Source of the DNA: an uncultured Eggerthella sp. | Lineage (GTDB): Bacteria; Actinomycetota; Coriobacteriia; Coriobacteriales; Eggerthellaceae | DNA length: 64,000 bases | Direction of reading: 5' to 3' | Assembly (NCBI GenBank): GCA_900556585.1 | Contig: USPD01000002.1 | Span: forward strand, 16,909 to 80,908 | In this document: piece after piece, positions 31,379 to 40,836 of the stretch | Layout of the letters: every line of letters begins with the position of its first letter | How positions within the stretch are numbered: the stretch's first letter is position 1 | Notes under the pieces: generated by a model | Told to the model about the DNA's origin: nothing | What the model saw: only the letters and a program-made list of their open reading frames with translations | Database searches by the model: none | Made by a program: the position numbers and the translations under genes

Positions 31379-32695
31379 ATGAAAGAAACATCCACCAATA
31401 CATCTCTTTCAGAGGCTTCTCGCGCATCCGTTAAATCCGAGATGTTTGAAAGTTCCAATGCAACAATGTCTCCTGACATTTCCGAATCGCCCAAAACGCC
31501 AAAAAACACCAACAACTCTGTTGAGTCCCCCAAATCAAACCCAAAGCGAAATCGTCGCTATAGCTATCTTATGATGATGGCCCACCTTTGCGATGACTTG
31601 AACCAAGGAGGCCTTGTTGCAGTAATACCATTTTTAGTTCTCCATGGTGGCTATTCATATGCCGAAGTAACTGCGCTCTTGCTGGCGTCAAACGCAGCTT
31701 CTGCCATTATTCAGCCCTTATTCGGTTGGCTTGGTGACAAAAAGCCTCGCCCGTGGTTAATGGCACTTGGAATTTTCCTTGCTGGATTAGGCATGGCAGG
31801 CGTTGGCGTGCTGCCAAGTTACCCCTTAATTATGGCATCTGCCATGATAAGCGGCATTGGTGTTGCAATGTTCCACCCCGAAGGAGGCCGTCTGGGGAAC
31901 CTTACAGCAGGCGAACAAAAAGGCAAAGGCATGAGCATTTTTGCTGTTGGAGGCAAATTAGGGTTTACCTTCGGACCACTTGTAGCCACGGCAGCTATTA
32001 CACTTTGTAGCCTTCCTGGAACATTGATTTTCATTGTTCCTTCAACACTTTGCTCGATAGTTCTGCTTTCTCAAAACAAAGCTCTTCTGGGATACAGCAC
32101 TCCAAAACAAGAATCTTCTACTGAAGTTGCCTACAAAGACAACTGGCTTGGGTTTGGTTTTGTTATGGGCGCAATTTCCTGCCGATCTATCATGTACTAC
32201 GCATTTCTTTCCTTCATCCCCCTATTCTTGGTTTACAACCTGGGTCAGGAAGAAGCCTTCGCATCGTCAGTTATTTCACTGTTCGCCCTAGTCTGTGCGG
32301 TAGGCACAATCGCTTCTGGCTGGGCTGGTCAAATTTTGGGAGCTAAGAAGCTTATTATTATCTCCTATGCATGTGTTGCTGTTGAAGTTGTAATTTTTGC
32401 CTTTAATGGATCACTTGTTATAGCGCTTATTCTTATAGCAATTTTGGCATTAACGTGCGATATTTCTTACCCTTCAGCAGTTGCCATGGGGCAAAGTTTT
32501 GTCCCACATCACTTGGGTATGGCATCAGGGCTCTCGTTTGGGGTAATGGTATGCATTGGCGGATTGATGACACCAGTATTTGGCCTCATTGGCGATTATT
32601 TTGGTCTACAAGTTGTTATGCTTTGTGTTACCGCCATTGCCATTTTAGGGATTATCATTACACTCTTTATCCCCAAAAATAGACCCATGCGCTAA
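31379..32695 (+). CDS. Fsr-like MFS transporter
   Basis: AHLCDDLNQG, QPLFGWLGD, MFHPEG, GMASGLSFG. Confidence 0.88.
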   Translation: MKETSTNTSLSEASRASVKSEMFESSNATMSPDISESPKTPKNTNNSVESPKSNPKRNRRYSYLMMMAHLCDDLNQGGLVAVIPFLVLHGGYSYAEVTALLLASNAASAIIQPLFGWLGDKKPRPWLMALGIFLAGLGMAGVGVLPSYPLIMASAMISGIGVAMFHPEGGRLGNLTAGEQKGKGMSIFAVGGKLGFTFGPLVATAAITLCSLPGTLIFIVPSTLCSIVLLSQNKALLGYSTPKQESSTEVAYKDNWLGFGFVMGAISCRSIMYYAFLSFIPLFLVYNLGQEEAFASSVISLFALVCAVGTIASGWAGQILGAKKLIIISYACVAVEVVIFAFNGSLVIALILIAILALTCDISYPSAVAMGQSFVPHHLGMASGLSFGVMVCIGGLMTPVFGLIGDYFGLQVVMLCVTAIAILGIIITLFIPKNRPMR

Positions 32696-32726
32696 CAGCA
32701 GTCAGAGTATTTTGCACGTCGATTAA

Positions 32727-33914
32727 CTACGCACCAGATGAAGTCCCTGTATTCGAAGAAGTATTTGAACCAGTACCTGATCCCGTTTCTGTTCCAGATG
32801 ATGAACCTGACCCGGCGTTCGAGCCTGATGAAGATCCGCCATTTGTACCGCTAGAACTGGATCCATCGTTTGTTCCTGAACTGGTGCCATCCGTTGAACC
32901 TTGTCCACTCGTCGAACCTGTTCCCTGAGAAGAGTTTTGATCGGAACTAGTTCCAGATTGCCCAGACTGTTCACCCGAAGTGTTAGTTGACCCTGATGAC
33001 GAATTACTGCTCGTATTGGCACCCTCAGAAGCGGAAGAATCGTTAGTTGTTGATTGATTATGATGCGAGCTCGTTCCCTCTTCCTGCGATGAATATGACT
33101 GACCATTAGTTATTGCCGGCAAAATAGGATCCGTCTTGGTTCCAATGCCTTCGCCCTGTGTAGCAAAGGTAATAACGCCTGCACAAATTACTATTGCAAT
33201 TAAAGAAGAAACCACTGAAACAACCAGTACTTGGCGCTGAACCTTAGCCTTACGATTGCGCCTTTCGTGGGCACGACGCAAAGCAGGATCAACCTCTTGA
33301 GCATTAGGTGCAGTATAGCGAATATCATTGGCATTCATAACGCGCGTTGCGGCATTTAAGCCATCTTCGCTACGCAACTGAGTGGTAGCCTCATCGCTAC
33401 GCAGCTGAGTAGTTGCTTCACCATTTGACGAATTATTCGTGCCCATTGCTTGTGCGCCCTGCCCATCACCTGAACCATGGGTATGTAAGCCTTGCACGGC
33501 ATCCGAATTCATTGACGAACTCGAAGAAGAAGCGTTATCTTCCCCTAAACCGTTAAGCAATGAAGTAGAGCCTGCATCACGAATTTTATCCGCAGAAACA
33601 GACAGTGCTTTCTTATATATCTGCGAAGAAACTGCAGAGATCACCGAACCAATAGCGGCACCAATCAACGATCCCGCTACACCAATGACAGAAGAAAGCA
33701 AAAACACGGTAGCAGCCGCCAGAGCACCAGCAATAACTTGAGCCATTGATAAATCATCAAATAGCCCCCGCAAAAAGCCCTTAGGTTTCTCCATTGCAGT
33801 TTCCCCTGATGGCGCTACCGTTCCAGAAGCAATTTGGACCGATGTGGCTTCATTAATAGATTCAATATGCTTCGTTTGATTAGATTGCGTTGTATGTTTA
33901 TTGGTCTGTTTCAC
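32727..33914 (-). CDS. Hypothetical membrane protein with Ser/Gly/Thr-rich tail
   Basis: GAAGGAGG RBS before GTG 33914; Gly/Ala-rich TM hairpin; low-complexity C-terminus; EATTQLRS duplicated. Confidence 0.7.
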   Translation of the reverse strand: MKQTNKHTTQSNQTKHIESINEATSVQIASGTVAPSGETAMEKPKGFLRGLFDDLSMAQVIAGALAAATVFLLSSVIGVAGSLIGAAIGSVISAVSSQIYKKALSVSADKIRDAGSTSLLNGLGEDNASSSSSSMNSDAVQGLHTHGSGDGQGAQAMGTNNSSNGEATTQLRSDEATTQLRSEDGLNAATRVMNANDIRYTAPNAQEVDPALRRAHERRNRKAKVQRQVLVVSVVSSLIAIVICAGVITFATQGEGIGTKTDPILPAITNGQSYSSQEEGTSSHHNQSTTNDSSASEGANTSSNSSSGSTNTSGEQSGQSGTSSDQNSSQGTGSTSGQGSTDGTSSGTNDGSSSSGTNGGSSSGSNAGSGSSSGTETGSGTGSNTSSNTGTSSGA

Positions 33915-34049
33915 CAAAGTGCCTCCTTCAGCTTTTAAACCTAACAAGGAGCCTCGTTTTCAAAAAGAGCATTCACTGACTCTTCACTTATTCTTGACCA
34001 CTTCGTCACTGAAACAAAAGAGAGATTCCATATTTATATATGGATATGA

Positions 34050-34982
34050 CTAAAGTACCAAACCCGAAGAAAGAATAATAGCAAGAACCGTCATTGCAAC
34101 AACACCCGCAACAACTGTTATCACATTTGAAAGGCCTGCCAAACCTGCATCGCCTTTGAGCCACATAGTAAAAACAGGGCCCAAACCAGCTGCAGGCGCC
34201 CACAGCATGGCCGCCACAACCAAACGCGTTTCAAAATCGAACGGGATAAGCAAGAATACTGCAACGCAAAGAATTGCAGATAAAGCAAAACGACACACAG
34301 TAATACGAACAAGTTGACCAATTTTGCCGTGATCAATAGAAAAATTAACCATCAGTCCAAGCAAGAGCATGGCAAGAAATGCATTGGCGTGCGCTACTGG
34401 CTCAATGAAGGTTGCCGCTTGCTCAGGAATCTGAATGCCCGCAACCGCCAATATCACGAGCAGTGCATACAGGTCGAACGGAACTGACTTTATCAACCTC
34501 TTAAGAGCAAGCACTATTCTTCCTGCCAAAGAAGTTCCTTTTTCAACTAAAGCGCTCGTGAAGGGATATATACCGCCATTAATCATGAGTGAATTACCTG
34601 CATCAAACAAGCAAATAGCAACTATGGTGTGTTGCGGAAAAATAGCAAGGGCAAAGGGAAGAACAAAATTGCCAATGTTGTAGCCAGAAATATTGCACAT
34701 CATAAATACACGTCTGTCGTTGTCTTCGCGCCATGTAATAAGCATGGCTGCAAACCATGGAATAAACGTACAAATAAAACCAACGGCAACAAGCAGGATC
34801 AAAGAAGGATTAAATTCCGAAGTAACGAACGCATAAAAAATAGCGCACGGTACCGTGATATTGAATACAATCTTCGACAAGATATCAATAAACGCCTGAG
34901 GTACTTCAATGACACGAGGCATTATCACACCCAAAATGATGATCGCCGTCAAAGAAGCTACTGTTAAGAGCGCGTTTTCCAT
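34050..34982 (-). CDS. AEC family transporter
   Basis: 10-TM; NITVPC, YNIGNFVLPF, FDAGN. Confidence 0.82.
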   Translation of the reverse strand: MENALLTVASLTAIIILGVIMPRVIEVPQAFIDILSKIVFNITVPCAIFYAFVTSEFNPSLILLVAVGFICTFIPWFAAMLITWREDNDRRVFMMCNISGYNIGNFVLPFALAIFPQHTIVAICLFDAGNSLMINGGIYPFTSALVEKGTSLAGRIVLALKRLIKSVPFDLYALLVILAVAGIQIPEQAATFIEPVAHANAFLAMLLLGLMVNFSIDHGKIGQLVRITVCRFALSAILCVAVFLLIPFDFETRLVVAAMLWAPAAGLGPVFTMWLKGDAGLAGLSNVITVVAGVVAMTVLAIILSSGLVL

Positions 34983-35026
34983 ACCAGAAATAATAACGCT
35001 ATGGTTTTACTTTTAATCTAGGTAAA

Positions 35027-35968
35027 TTACTGCATTAAATTTTTTAAAGAAAAGAGCAATTGAACGTTTTTGTTTATAAGACCAGCTAAATATTGAGAAT
35101 CTTGTCTACGCGTTTCTGATAGCTTCTCAAGCGAAATTCGCAACTCTTCTTCAACCTGTTTGTAAGCATATGGAACAGGAACAATTTCTAATGATTGGTT
35201 CGACACAGGTGGCGCATCGGTTTCCAATAAAAGCTTATCTTCAGGAATAGCTTTGACATATTCTCTGCCGCGTTTGGAAGAAAGCATGCGTGCATTAACA
35301 GAAAAGTAGCATCCTAATTGTCTTGCTCGTTTTAGATGTTCTGAAGATCCTGAAAACCAATGAAAAATGCAAGTGCAAGTTTTGTATGCCCCCGATGCTT
35401 CAAGCAAAGAAAGCAACTCATCGTCCGCTTGAACACAATGAAAAGAAATAACCTTGTTTCCCTGTTCTGCGCAAGCATTAACAATATGATTTATTGCCCG
35501 AATCTGGCTGCTTTTAGTACCAACACGACGAGAAGAAAAATCTAAGCCCACTTCCCCAATATAGGGTGCTGTAGGAACATATGCATCAAATTCGCACAAA
35601 ACGGTTTGGAGCCGTACCGCCTCATTCGGAACCCACCAAGGATGAAGTCCAAGTGCTATGTAAACAGTAGGTGTCTGCGGGGGAAATTGTCCTGTTGTCT
35701 GGCATTTAGAAATACCAAAGCTTTCCGAAAACGATTTCAAAAGCCGTTTGTATTCAAAAGGAGTAACGCTTACAGAATAGATTTGCGCTTTGGCATTAGA
35801 AGCCTCGCACACAAACGCAGTTGGGTCATCCATGAACCCAACATGGCAATGCATATCGTGAAGGGGTGCCGCAAAAGCAGGCACATTAGCTTTATCAAAT
35901 TCATCAAGCACGCCCAAATCATTGCAAGATTTTTGTTTTCCAAAGGGCGCAGCGTTCGTCATTGCCAT
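35027..35968 (-). CDS. TatD family metal-dependent hydrolase
   Basis: DMHCH, GLHPW, IGEVGLDF, FHWFSG, LLETDAP. Confidence 0.9.
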   Translation of the reverse strand: MAMTNAAPFGKQKSCNDLGVLDEFDKANVPAFAAPLHDMHCHVGFMDDPTAFVCEASNAKAQIYSVSVTPFEYKRLLKSFSESFGISKCQTTGQFPPQTPTVYIALGLHPWWVPNEAVRLQTVLCEFDAYVPTAPYIGEVGLDFSSRRVGTKSSQIRAINHIVNACAEQGNKVISFHCVQADDELLSLLEASGAYKTCTCIFHWFSGSSEHLKRARQLGCYFSVNARMLSSKRGREYVKAIPEDKLLLETDAPPVSNQSLEIVPVPYAYKQVEEELRISLEKLSETRRQDSQYLAGLINKNVQLLFSLKNLMQ

Positions 35969-36129
35969 CTTGAACCCTTTCGTCGCTTCTCTTTAGTCAT
36001 CCTAACGCAACTATTGATGAATTTGTTAAGCTTGTATCTGTGCTCCAAACACCGCTGGAATCATCTTTTCATTGTATTTTGGAGTTCGCTGGGGTTCTTA
36101 CTTTTAAGTCGCGCTGTTAGGGGGAAATC

Positions 36130-37185
36130 GTGACTTCAAAATATCTTGACCAGTATAATTACGGCAAAATGGAGCAGCTCTTTCCTGGAATTTATAGAGT
36201 GCCCGTTCCTTTGCCTGACAATCCGTTGGAGTTCTTGAATTCCTACTTCATTTTGAGCGATGATAAAACAACCATTGTTGACGTCGGCTTTAATCACCCC
36301 GCCTGCGAAAAAGCCTTAGAAGATGCACTTCATGCATTAGATCGCGACTGGGAATCAGTAGAAATCGTACTGACTCATTCACACCCCGATCACACCAGCA
36401 ATCTTGATCGCATTTGGCGTAGATGGATGCGTATCTATGCGAATATGCACTCGTTCCAAGAAGTGCAAAATCTTATGAATATCCAATCGCCTGTGTTCAA
36501 TCCACTGATTGGACACCTGCTTAAACCTGATACTTTCTATGGCAGAAGCATGCAAAAACGTGATGCTAATACCTATCAAGTAACAGCAGAATTGTTACCA
36601 CTCAAAAACCAGCCCGACCTGTTTTACCTTGCCGATGGTGACGTATACCGAAATGGATCTTATCGATTCCAAGTAATCACTACACCAGGCCATGATGACT
36701 GGCATATTTGCTTATACGAGCCAACACTAAAAGTACTCATAGCTGGTGACCATGTGTTAGAGCGTATTACCCCAAGCATTATGAGCTGGATAACCTCATA
36801 TGATGCCTTAAAAGAATTCTTTAACAGCCTTGATAAGGTTCGAGACCTGGATGTTGATCTTATCCTACCTGGTCACGGCAAGCCCTTCATGGGCATTGCG
36901 CAGCGCGTAGACTTTCTAAAGCAGTTCCACAGAAACCGTCTTGAAGAACTATATGAACTTGTGGCAGGTGGCCACGCTAGTCTAATTGATATTGCACGTA
37001 GCGCCTCCTGGAAACACCCCAACTGGGACGGCTGGACAATAGATCAAAAGTTTTATTCGCTCGGAGAGACACTTGCACATCTTATCTATTTAGTGAATGC
37101 AGGACGTATTACCTTAACCGTCTGCGAAAACAAACGCCGATTCTACGTAGCGGATCAATGGGAGGTGCGTCGCACCAACAATTAG
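36130..37185 (+). CDS. MBL-fold metallo-hydrolase with C-terminal winged helix
   Basis: THSHPDH, TPGH, GDHVL, LPGHG, GETLAHL. Confidence 0.88.
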   Translation: MTSKYLDQYNYGKMEQLFPGIYRVPVPLPDNPLEFLNSYFILSDDKTTIVDVGFNHPACEKALEDALHALDRDWESVEIVLTHSHPDHTSNLDRIWRRWMRIYANMHSFQEVQNLMNIQSPVFNPLIGHLLKPDTFYGRSMQKRDANTYQVTAELLPLKNQPDLFYLADGDVYRNGSYRFQVITTPGHDDWHICLYEPTLKVLIAGDHVLERITPSIMSWITSYDALKEFFNSLDKVRDLDVDLILPGHGKPFMGIAQRVDFLKQFHRNRLEELYELVAGGHASLIDIARSASWKHPNWDGWTIDQKFYSLGETLAHLIYLVNAGRITLTVCENKRRFYVADQWEVRRTNN

Positions 37186-37253
37186 CCCAACATATGCAAC
37201 ACACTAGCAGCAGACCCAGTACATGTAACGCACTGGTAACTAACCCAAATAAG

Positions 37254-37284
37254 AAGTGGATGCATATTATGCATCCACTTTTTT
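37254..37284. terminator. Terminator between convergent MBL and usp genes
   Basis: aagtggatgcata / tatgcatccactt plus T-run. Confidence 0.75.
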
Positions 37285-37345
37285 ATAACATGTTATTTTG
37301 AGCGGTCGATAAAAACCCAGAAGTTTTCCTCTAACAATCTAGTGC

Positions 37346-38221
37346 TTATTCAGCGTTCTTTTCTGGAACCACAATAGTGGGAACCTCAAGACGAGAAAGA
37401 ACACCAAACGTTACAGAGCCAAACAAAGCACGGCTTACACGAGAACGAGCGTGGGTTCCTAACAAAAGCATTCGCTTACCTTCGCTGCATTCCATAATTA
37501 CCTGAGTAGGAGAGCCACCTTCAACAGCTCTACCGGTTACTTTAAGTTCTGGATGAGCTTCTTTAATTTGTGCGATAAGTGTATCGAGTTTACGTTGGAA
37601 CATTTCACCAACGGGCTGCAAGCCGCCGCCCATTACTTCAGACGCACGAGAAATTAGCGTTGGTATACCCCAAGCAGAAACAAGTTCCAGCGGCTCATTA
37701 AAAGCAAGCGCCATATTAACGCCCATAACTACTGCATCATTGCTTGTATCATCGGGGCCAACGCCAACAATAATACCTTTAGAATCATGGGTTTTCGTGT
37801 AATCAGAAGGAATAATAGCAGTTGCCACATTCGAAACAGAAGCAACGCGTAAACCCTTAGCGCCAAATACCTTTTCACCAACAGTCTTATTGTGGTGGGA
37901 ACCCAAAACAACAATGTCATGATCGTCAGAAGTAGCAATAAGAGCCTCAACAACATCGCCCTTACCAACAGCTACATTGACGGAAATCCCTGGATACTCT
38001 TCTGTAAGACTCTCCTGTGCAGTTCCTAGTACATTATCTACAGCGGTTTGCAAGATCTTTTCATCAGAACCAGCTAAGCGAGCCGAACCGGGGTCGATAA
38101 TAGCAAGCAAAGTAAGCTGAGCGCCTTCTTCTTTACTTGCTAAAGCGGCTGCCCACTCCAGCGCACATTGGCTGCGTTCACTGCCATCAATACCAACAAG
38201 AATATTTTTCATGGTATTCAT
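37346..38221 (-). CDS. Tandem-domain universal stress protein
   Basis: ILVGIDGS, VVLGSH, LLLGTH...FGSV...VPTIVVP. Confidence 0.9.
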   Translation of the reverse strand: MNTMKNILVGIDGSERSQCALEWAAALASKEEGAQLTLLAIIDPGSARLAGSDEKILQTAVDNVLGTAQESLTEEYPGISVNVAVGKGDVVEALIATSDDHDIVVLGSHHNKTVGEKVFGAKGLRVASVSNVATAIIPSDYTKTHDSKGIIVGVGPDDTSNDAVVMGVNMALAFNEPLELVSAWGIPTLISRASEVMGGGLQPVGEMFQRKLDTLIAQIKEAHPELKVTGRAVEGGSPTQVIMECSEGKRMLLLGTHARSRVSRALFGSVTFGVLSRLEVPTIVVPEKNAE

Positions 38222-38238
38222 TCAACCTTTCTCAGGGC

Positions 38239-38466
38239 CTAGTGGAACAGAGGGATCATAAGCCAAAGTGCGAAAAGCACTACCAATACACAAGCTACAA
38301 AGCATGCAACCGAAGCAATACGAAAGCCCATAAAACCATCGCCCTCCTGTTCAGCAGTGGTGCTACGCGCCCAAAGACGAAGACCAGTTGCATACATAGT
38401 GCCAATTCCACCTGCAATTGCTACGGCAACAACTAACACCGTAAGAAAACTAATAACTTCTTCCAC
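38239..38466 (-). CDS. Small 2-TM protein cotranscribed with pit
   Basis: GAAGGAG RBS, two hydrophobic helices, 14 bp after the pit stop. Confidence 0.75.
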   Translation of the reverse strand: MEEVISFLTVLVVAVAIAGGIGTMYATGLRLWARSTTAEQEGDGFMGFRIASVACFVACVLVVLFALWLMIPLFH

Positions 38467-38480
38467 AGTATTCTCCTTCC

Positions 38481-39641
38481 TTACGCTGCTGCTGCCTGAG
38501 CATTGCTATTATCGAGATTGAGTTTCACTTCAGTACCTTCATTAACATTGGTGGAATTAACGGGATTGCGACGAGCTAAACGGAAGATAACAATAGCAAT
38601 AATTGCTGCAGCTACTACAACTGCTGCGGTGCCAAAAATATTAATCTTAGCAACGGCGCAAGCTGCCGCTGCAATAATACCTGCCGCAGGAAAAGTTACC
38701 AACCAAGCAATCAACATGCGACCAGCAACCGCCCAGTTAACTTCATTGCCTTTCTTGCCCAAACCAACACCAATGATAGATCCAGAACAAACCTGAGTGG
38801 TCGAAAGAGCGAAACCCAAGTGAGAGGAAACCAAAATGGTGGTTGCTGAACTTGCTTCCGCTGCGAAACCCTGCGGGGTGTTGATCTCGGTTAAGCCCTT
38901 ACCAAGAGTACGAATAACGCGCCAACCGCCCATGTAGGTACCCATTGCAATAGCCAAACCGCAAACAGCGATAACCCACAGTTGAGGATCGGAACCAGAA
39001 GGCTGAATGCCAACTGCAATCAAGGTAAGAGTAATAATGCCCATAGTCTTCTGAGCATCGTTGGTACCATGGGAAAGCGCCACTAAACACGCAGTTACAG
39101 TCTGACCATGACGAAAACCGTTTTCAATGTACTTTTCATCAAGCTGCTTAACAATAAAGTAAATTAACTTTACCGCGCAAAATGCCGCCAAGCCGGCAAC
39201 AACTGGCGAAATAAGAGCAGGAAGCAGAACCTTAGTGATTACTGCAAAAAAGTTAACACCTTGAGTGCCAGCACCAACAATAACAGCACCCACCAAACCG
39301 CCGAACAGAGCATGAGAAGAACTAGAAGGAAGACCAACCAGCCACGTTAACAAATTCCAAATAATTGCGCCCAGCAAACCTGCCAAAATAAACTCTGGCG
39401 CAATAGTTACTTGCTGTTCATTAATTAAACCGCCTGAAATGGTGTTTGCAACTTCTGTTGAAAGGAATGCACCCACCAGGTTCAAGGTACCTGCAGCAAT
39501 AACTGCAGTTTTTGGCTTCAGGGCACCAGTAGCAATCGAAGTAGCCATGGCGTTGGCCGTATCATGGAAGCCATTCGTGAAGTCGAACGTAAGAGCCACA
39601 ACAATTACAAGGCCTACGACGACAAGAGTAGCGATATCCAT
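38481..39641 (-). CDS. pit: Inorganic phosphate transporter (PiT family)
   Basis: NGFHDTANAMAT, PSSSSHAL, HGTNDAQK, STTQV. Confidence 0.93.
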   Translation of the reverse strand: MDIATLVVVGLVIVVALTFDFTNGFHDTANAMATSIATGALKPKTAVIAAGTLNLVGAFLSTEVANTISGGLINEQQVTIAPEFILAGLLGAIIWNLLTWLVGLPSSSSHALFGGLVGAVIVGAGTQGVNFFAVITKVLLPALISPVVAGLAAFCAVKLIYFIVKQLDEKYIENGFRHGQTVTACLVALSHGTNDAQKTMGIITLTLIAVGIQPSGSDPQLWVIAVCGLAIAMGTYMGGWRVIRTLGKGLTEINTPQGFAAEASSATTILVSSHLGFALSTTQVCSGSIIGVGLGKKGNEVNWAVAGRMLIAWLVTFPAAGIIAAAACAVAKINIFGTAAVVVAAAIIAIVIFRLARRNPVNSTNVNEGTEVKLNLDNSNAQAAAA

Positions 39642-39814
39642 GCTATTCTTTTTCCTCCTTCTAATGGATTTTCATCTTGTCCTAAATGAAGCAAGAAGCC
39701 ATCATGCTCAACCTGTCAGGTTTAGTAACTTTCCTATTGGAAATAACCATTAGCCTTGGCTTTTTACCTCATTCTCGCATCGGAAATTCGCTGCATTTCC
39801 TTTGCGTCTACGAA

Positions 39815-39898
39815 AGAATAGCAAGGTAAATGTTAAATAGATGTAAGATCCAGTTAAGTATTGTTAAGACTTGTAACGCTACGAAAAACCCTTGTTAA
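39815..39898 (-). promoter_or_regulatory. pit promoter with Pho-box-like direct-repeat array
   Basis: Extended -10 TGcTATTCT (39815-39823) preceded by TTAACA-like hexamers at 39831, 39842, 39852, 39862, 39872 and 39893. Confidence 0.6.
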
Positions 39899-40020
39899 GA
39901 ACAGGTTCAAGACATGATAAACTATCACGCTTTCAATTAGCTTCAATTGGTTTCTATAAGCGTTCCGAATGCTTTATTTGACACAGTTTGCGTAAAACAT
40001 GTTTGCGCAGTGCGCTTTTT

Positions 40021-40107
40021 TAAAAAGAAAACATTCTGAACTAAAAAAGAAAACATTCTGGATTAAATAAGAAAACATTCTGAATTAAAAAAGAAAACAT
40101 TCTGAAC
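40021..40107. repeat. 22-bp tandem repeat x4
   Basis: taaaaaagaaaacattctgaa(c/t) consensus with invariant aagaaaacattctg core. Confidence 0.92.
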
Positions 40108-40216
40108 TCTGATTGTCTTGACTCAGTATTAAGTATATGGACTCATCAAAAACTGTGTTGCAAGTGTTTTTGAGCCGATCATAAAAGAAAGCACCGTAAG
40201 CACCTAACATGCCAGC

Positions 40217-40405
40217 GCAAAATTATTACGATTTTGGTCAAAAACATACTGTTGTAGGCATCACTTCCAGCCTCTTTAAGTTGCAGCATCGTAAGGATTG
40301 TAACCAACCAACAAATGTATGTAACGAACAGGCGGCTTTCCTCTTCTTTTAAGAAAACAGATGCCTACAACAGGGCTTTTGTGACCAAATTTGCAACTTT
40401 TTTGC
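40217..40405. repeat. 189-bp palindromic element
   Basis: 40233-40262 vs 40360-40389 complementary at 25/30; weaker pairing extends to gcaaaa / ttttgc. Confidence 0.82.
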
Positions 40406-40410
40406 AGGCT

Positions 40411-40624
40411 GCGCCAAATATAGTGCGTTGGGGGCATTTAAAACTCACTCAAACTCGCAAAATCAAACAAGCGATGTAATTATCCAGGCATTTGAAGTAA
40501 CAAATGCTTTTCGCTTCACTCGTAAGCCTTTAAAGCGCTCCGACACTTGCCCCCAAATTGCTATATTTGGCACGGAAAGTTGAAAATGCCATTTCAAATG
40601 CCCCTAAATTGCCTTATTTGACAT
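40411..40624. repeat. Palindromic element with duplicated right arm
   Basis: 40411-40436 vs 40548-40573 complementary at 21/26; second right-arm copy at 40599-40624. Confidence 0.8.
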
Positions 40625-40672
40625 AGTAGACAAATCATTCTCCCCAGCAACCCTTGCATCGTTTCCTAAATT

Positions 40673-40756
40673 GAAACTCTACGTCTACGCCGCATTTTGA
40701 GAAACTCTACGTCTACGCCACATTTTGAGAAACTCTGCATCTGCGCCACATTTTGA
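40673..40756. repeat. 28-bp tandem repeat x3
   Basis: gaaactctacgtctacgcc(g/a)cattttga, head to tail, no spacers. Confidence 0.92.
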
Positions 40757-40836
40757 AACATACCCTTACGTTTAAAAAAACTGATGATGTATGTCTATAT
40801 CCGATGATGCGTGCTCATTTTGGTAATGCTCGTTAA

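Noticed and set aside
40673..40756. 28-bp repeats as a CRISPR array
   Set aside because: Units are contiguous with no spacers, and no cas genes are in the window
39750..40836. Replication origin or integrated plasmid
   Set aside because: No dnaA, rep or integrase gene and no DnaA-box cluster seen
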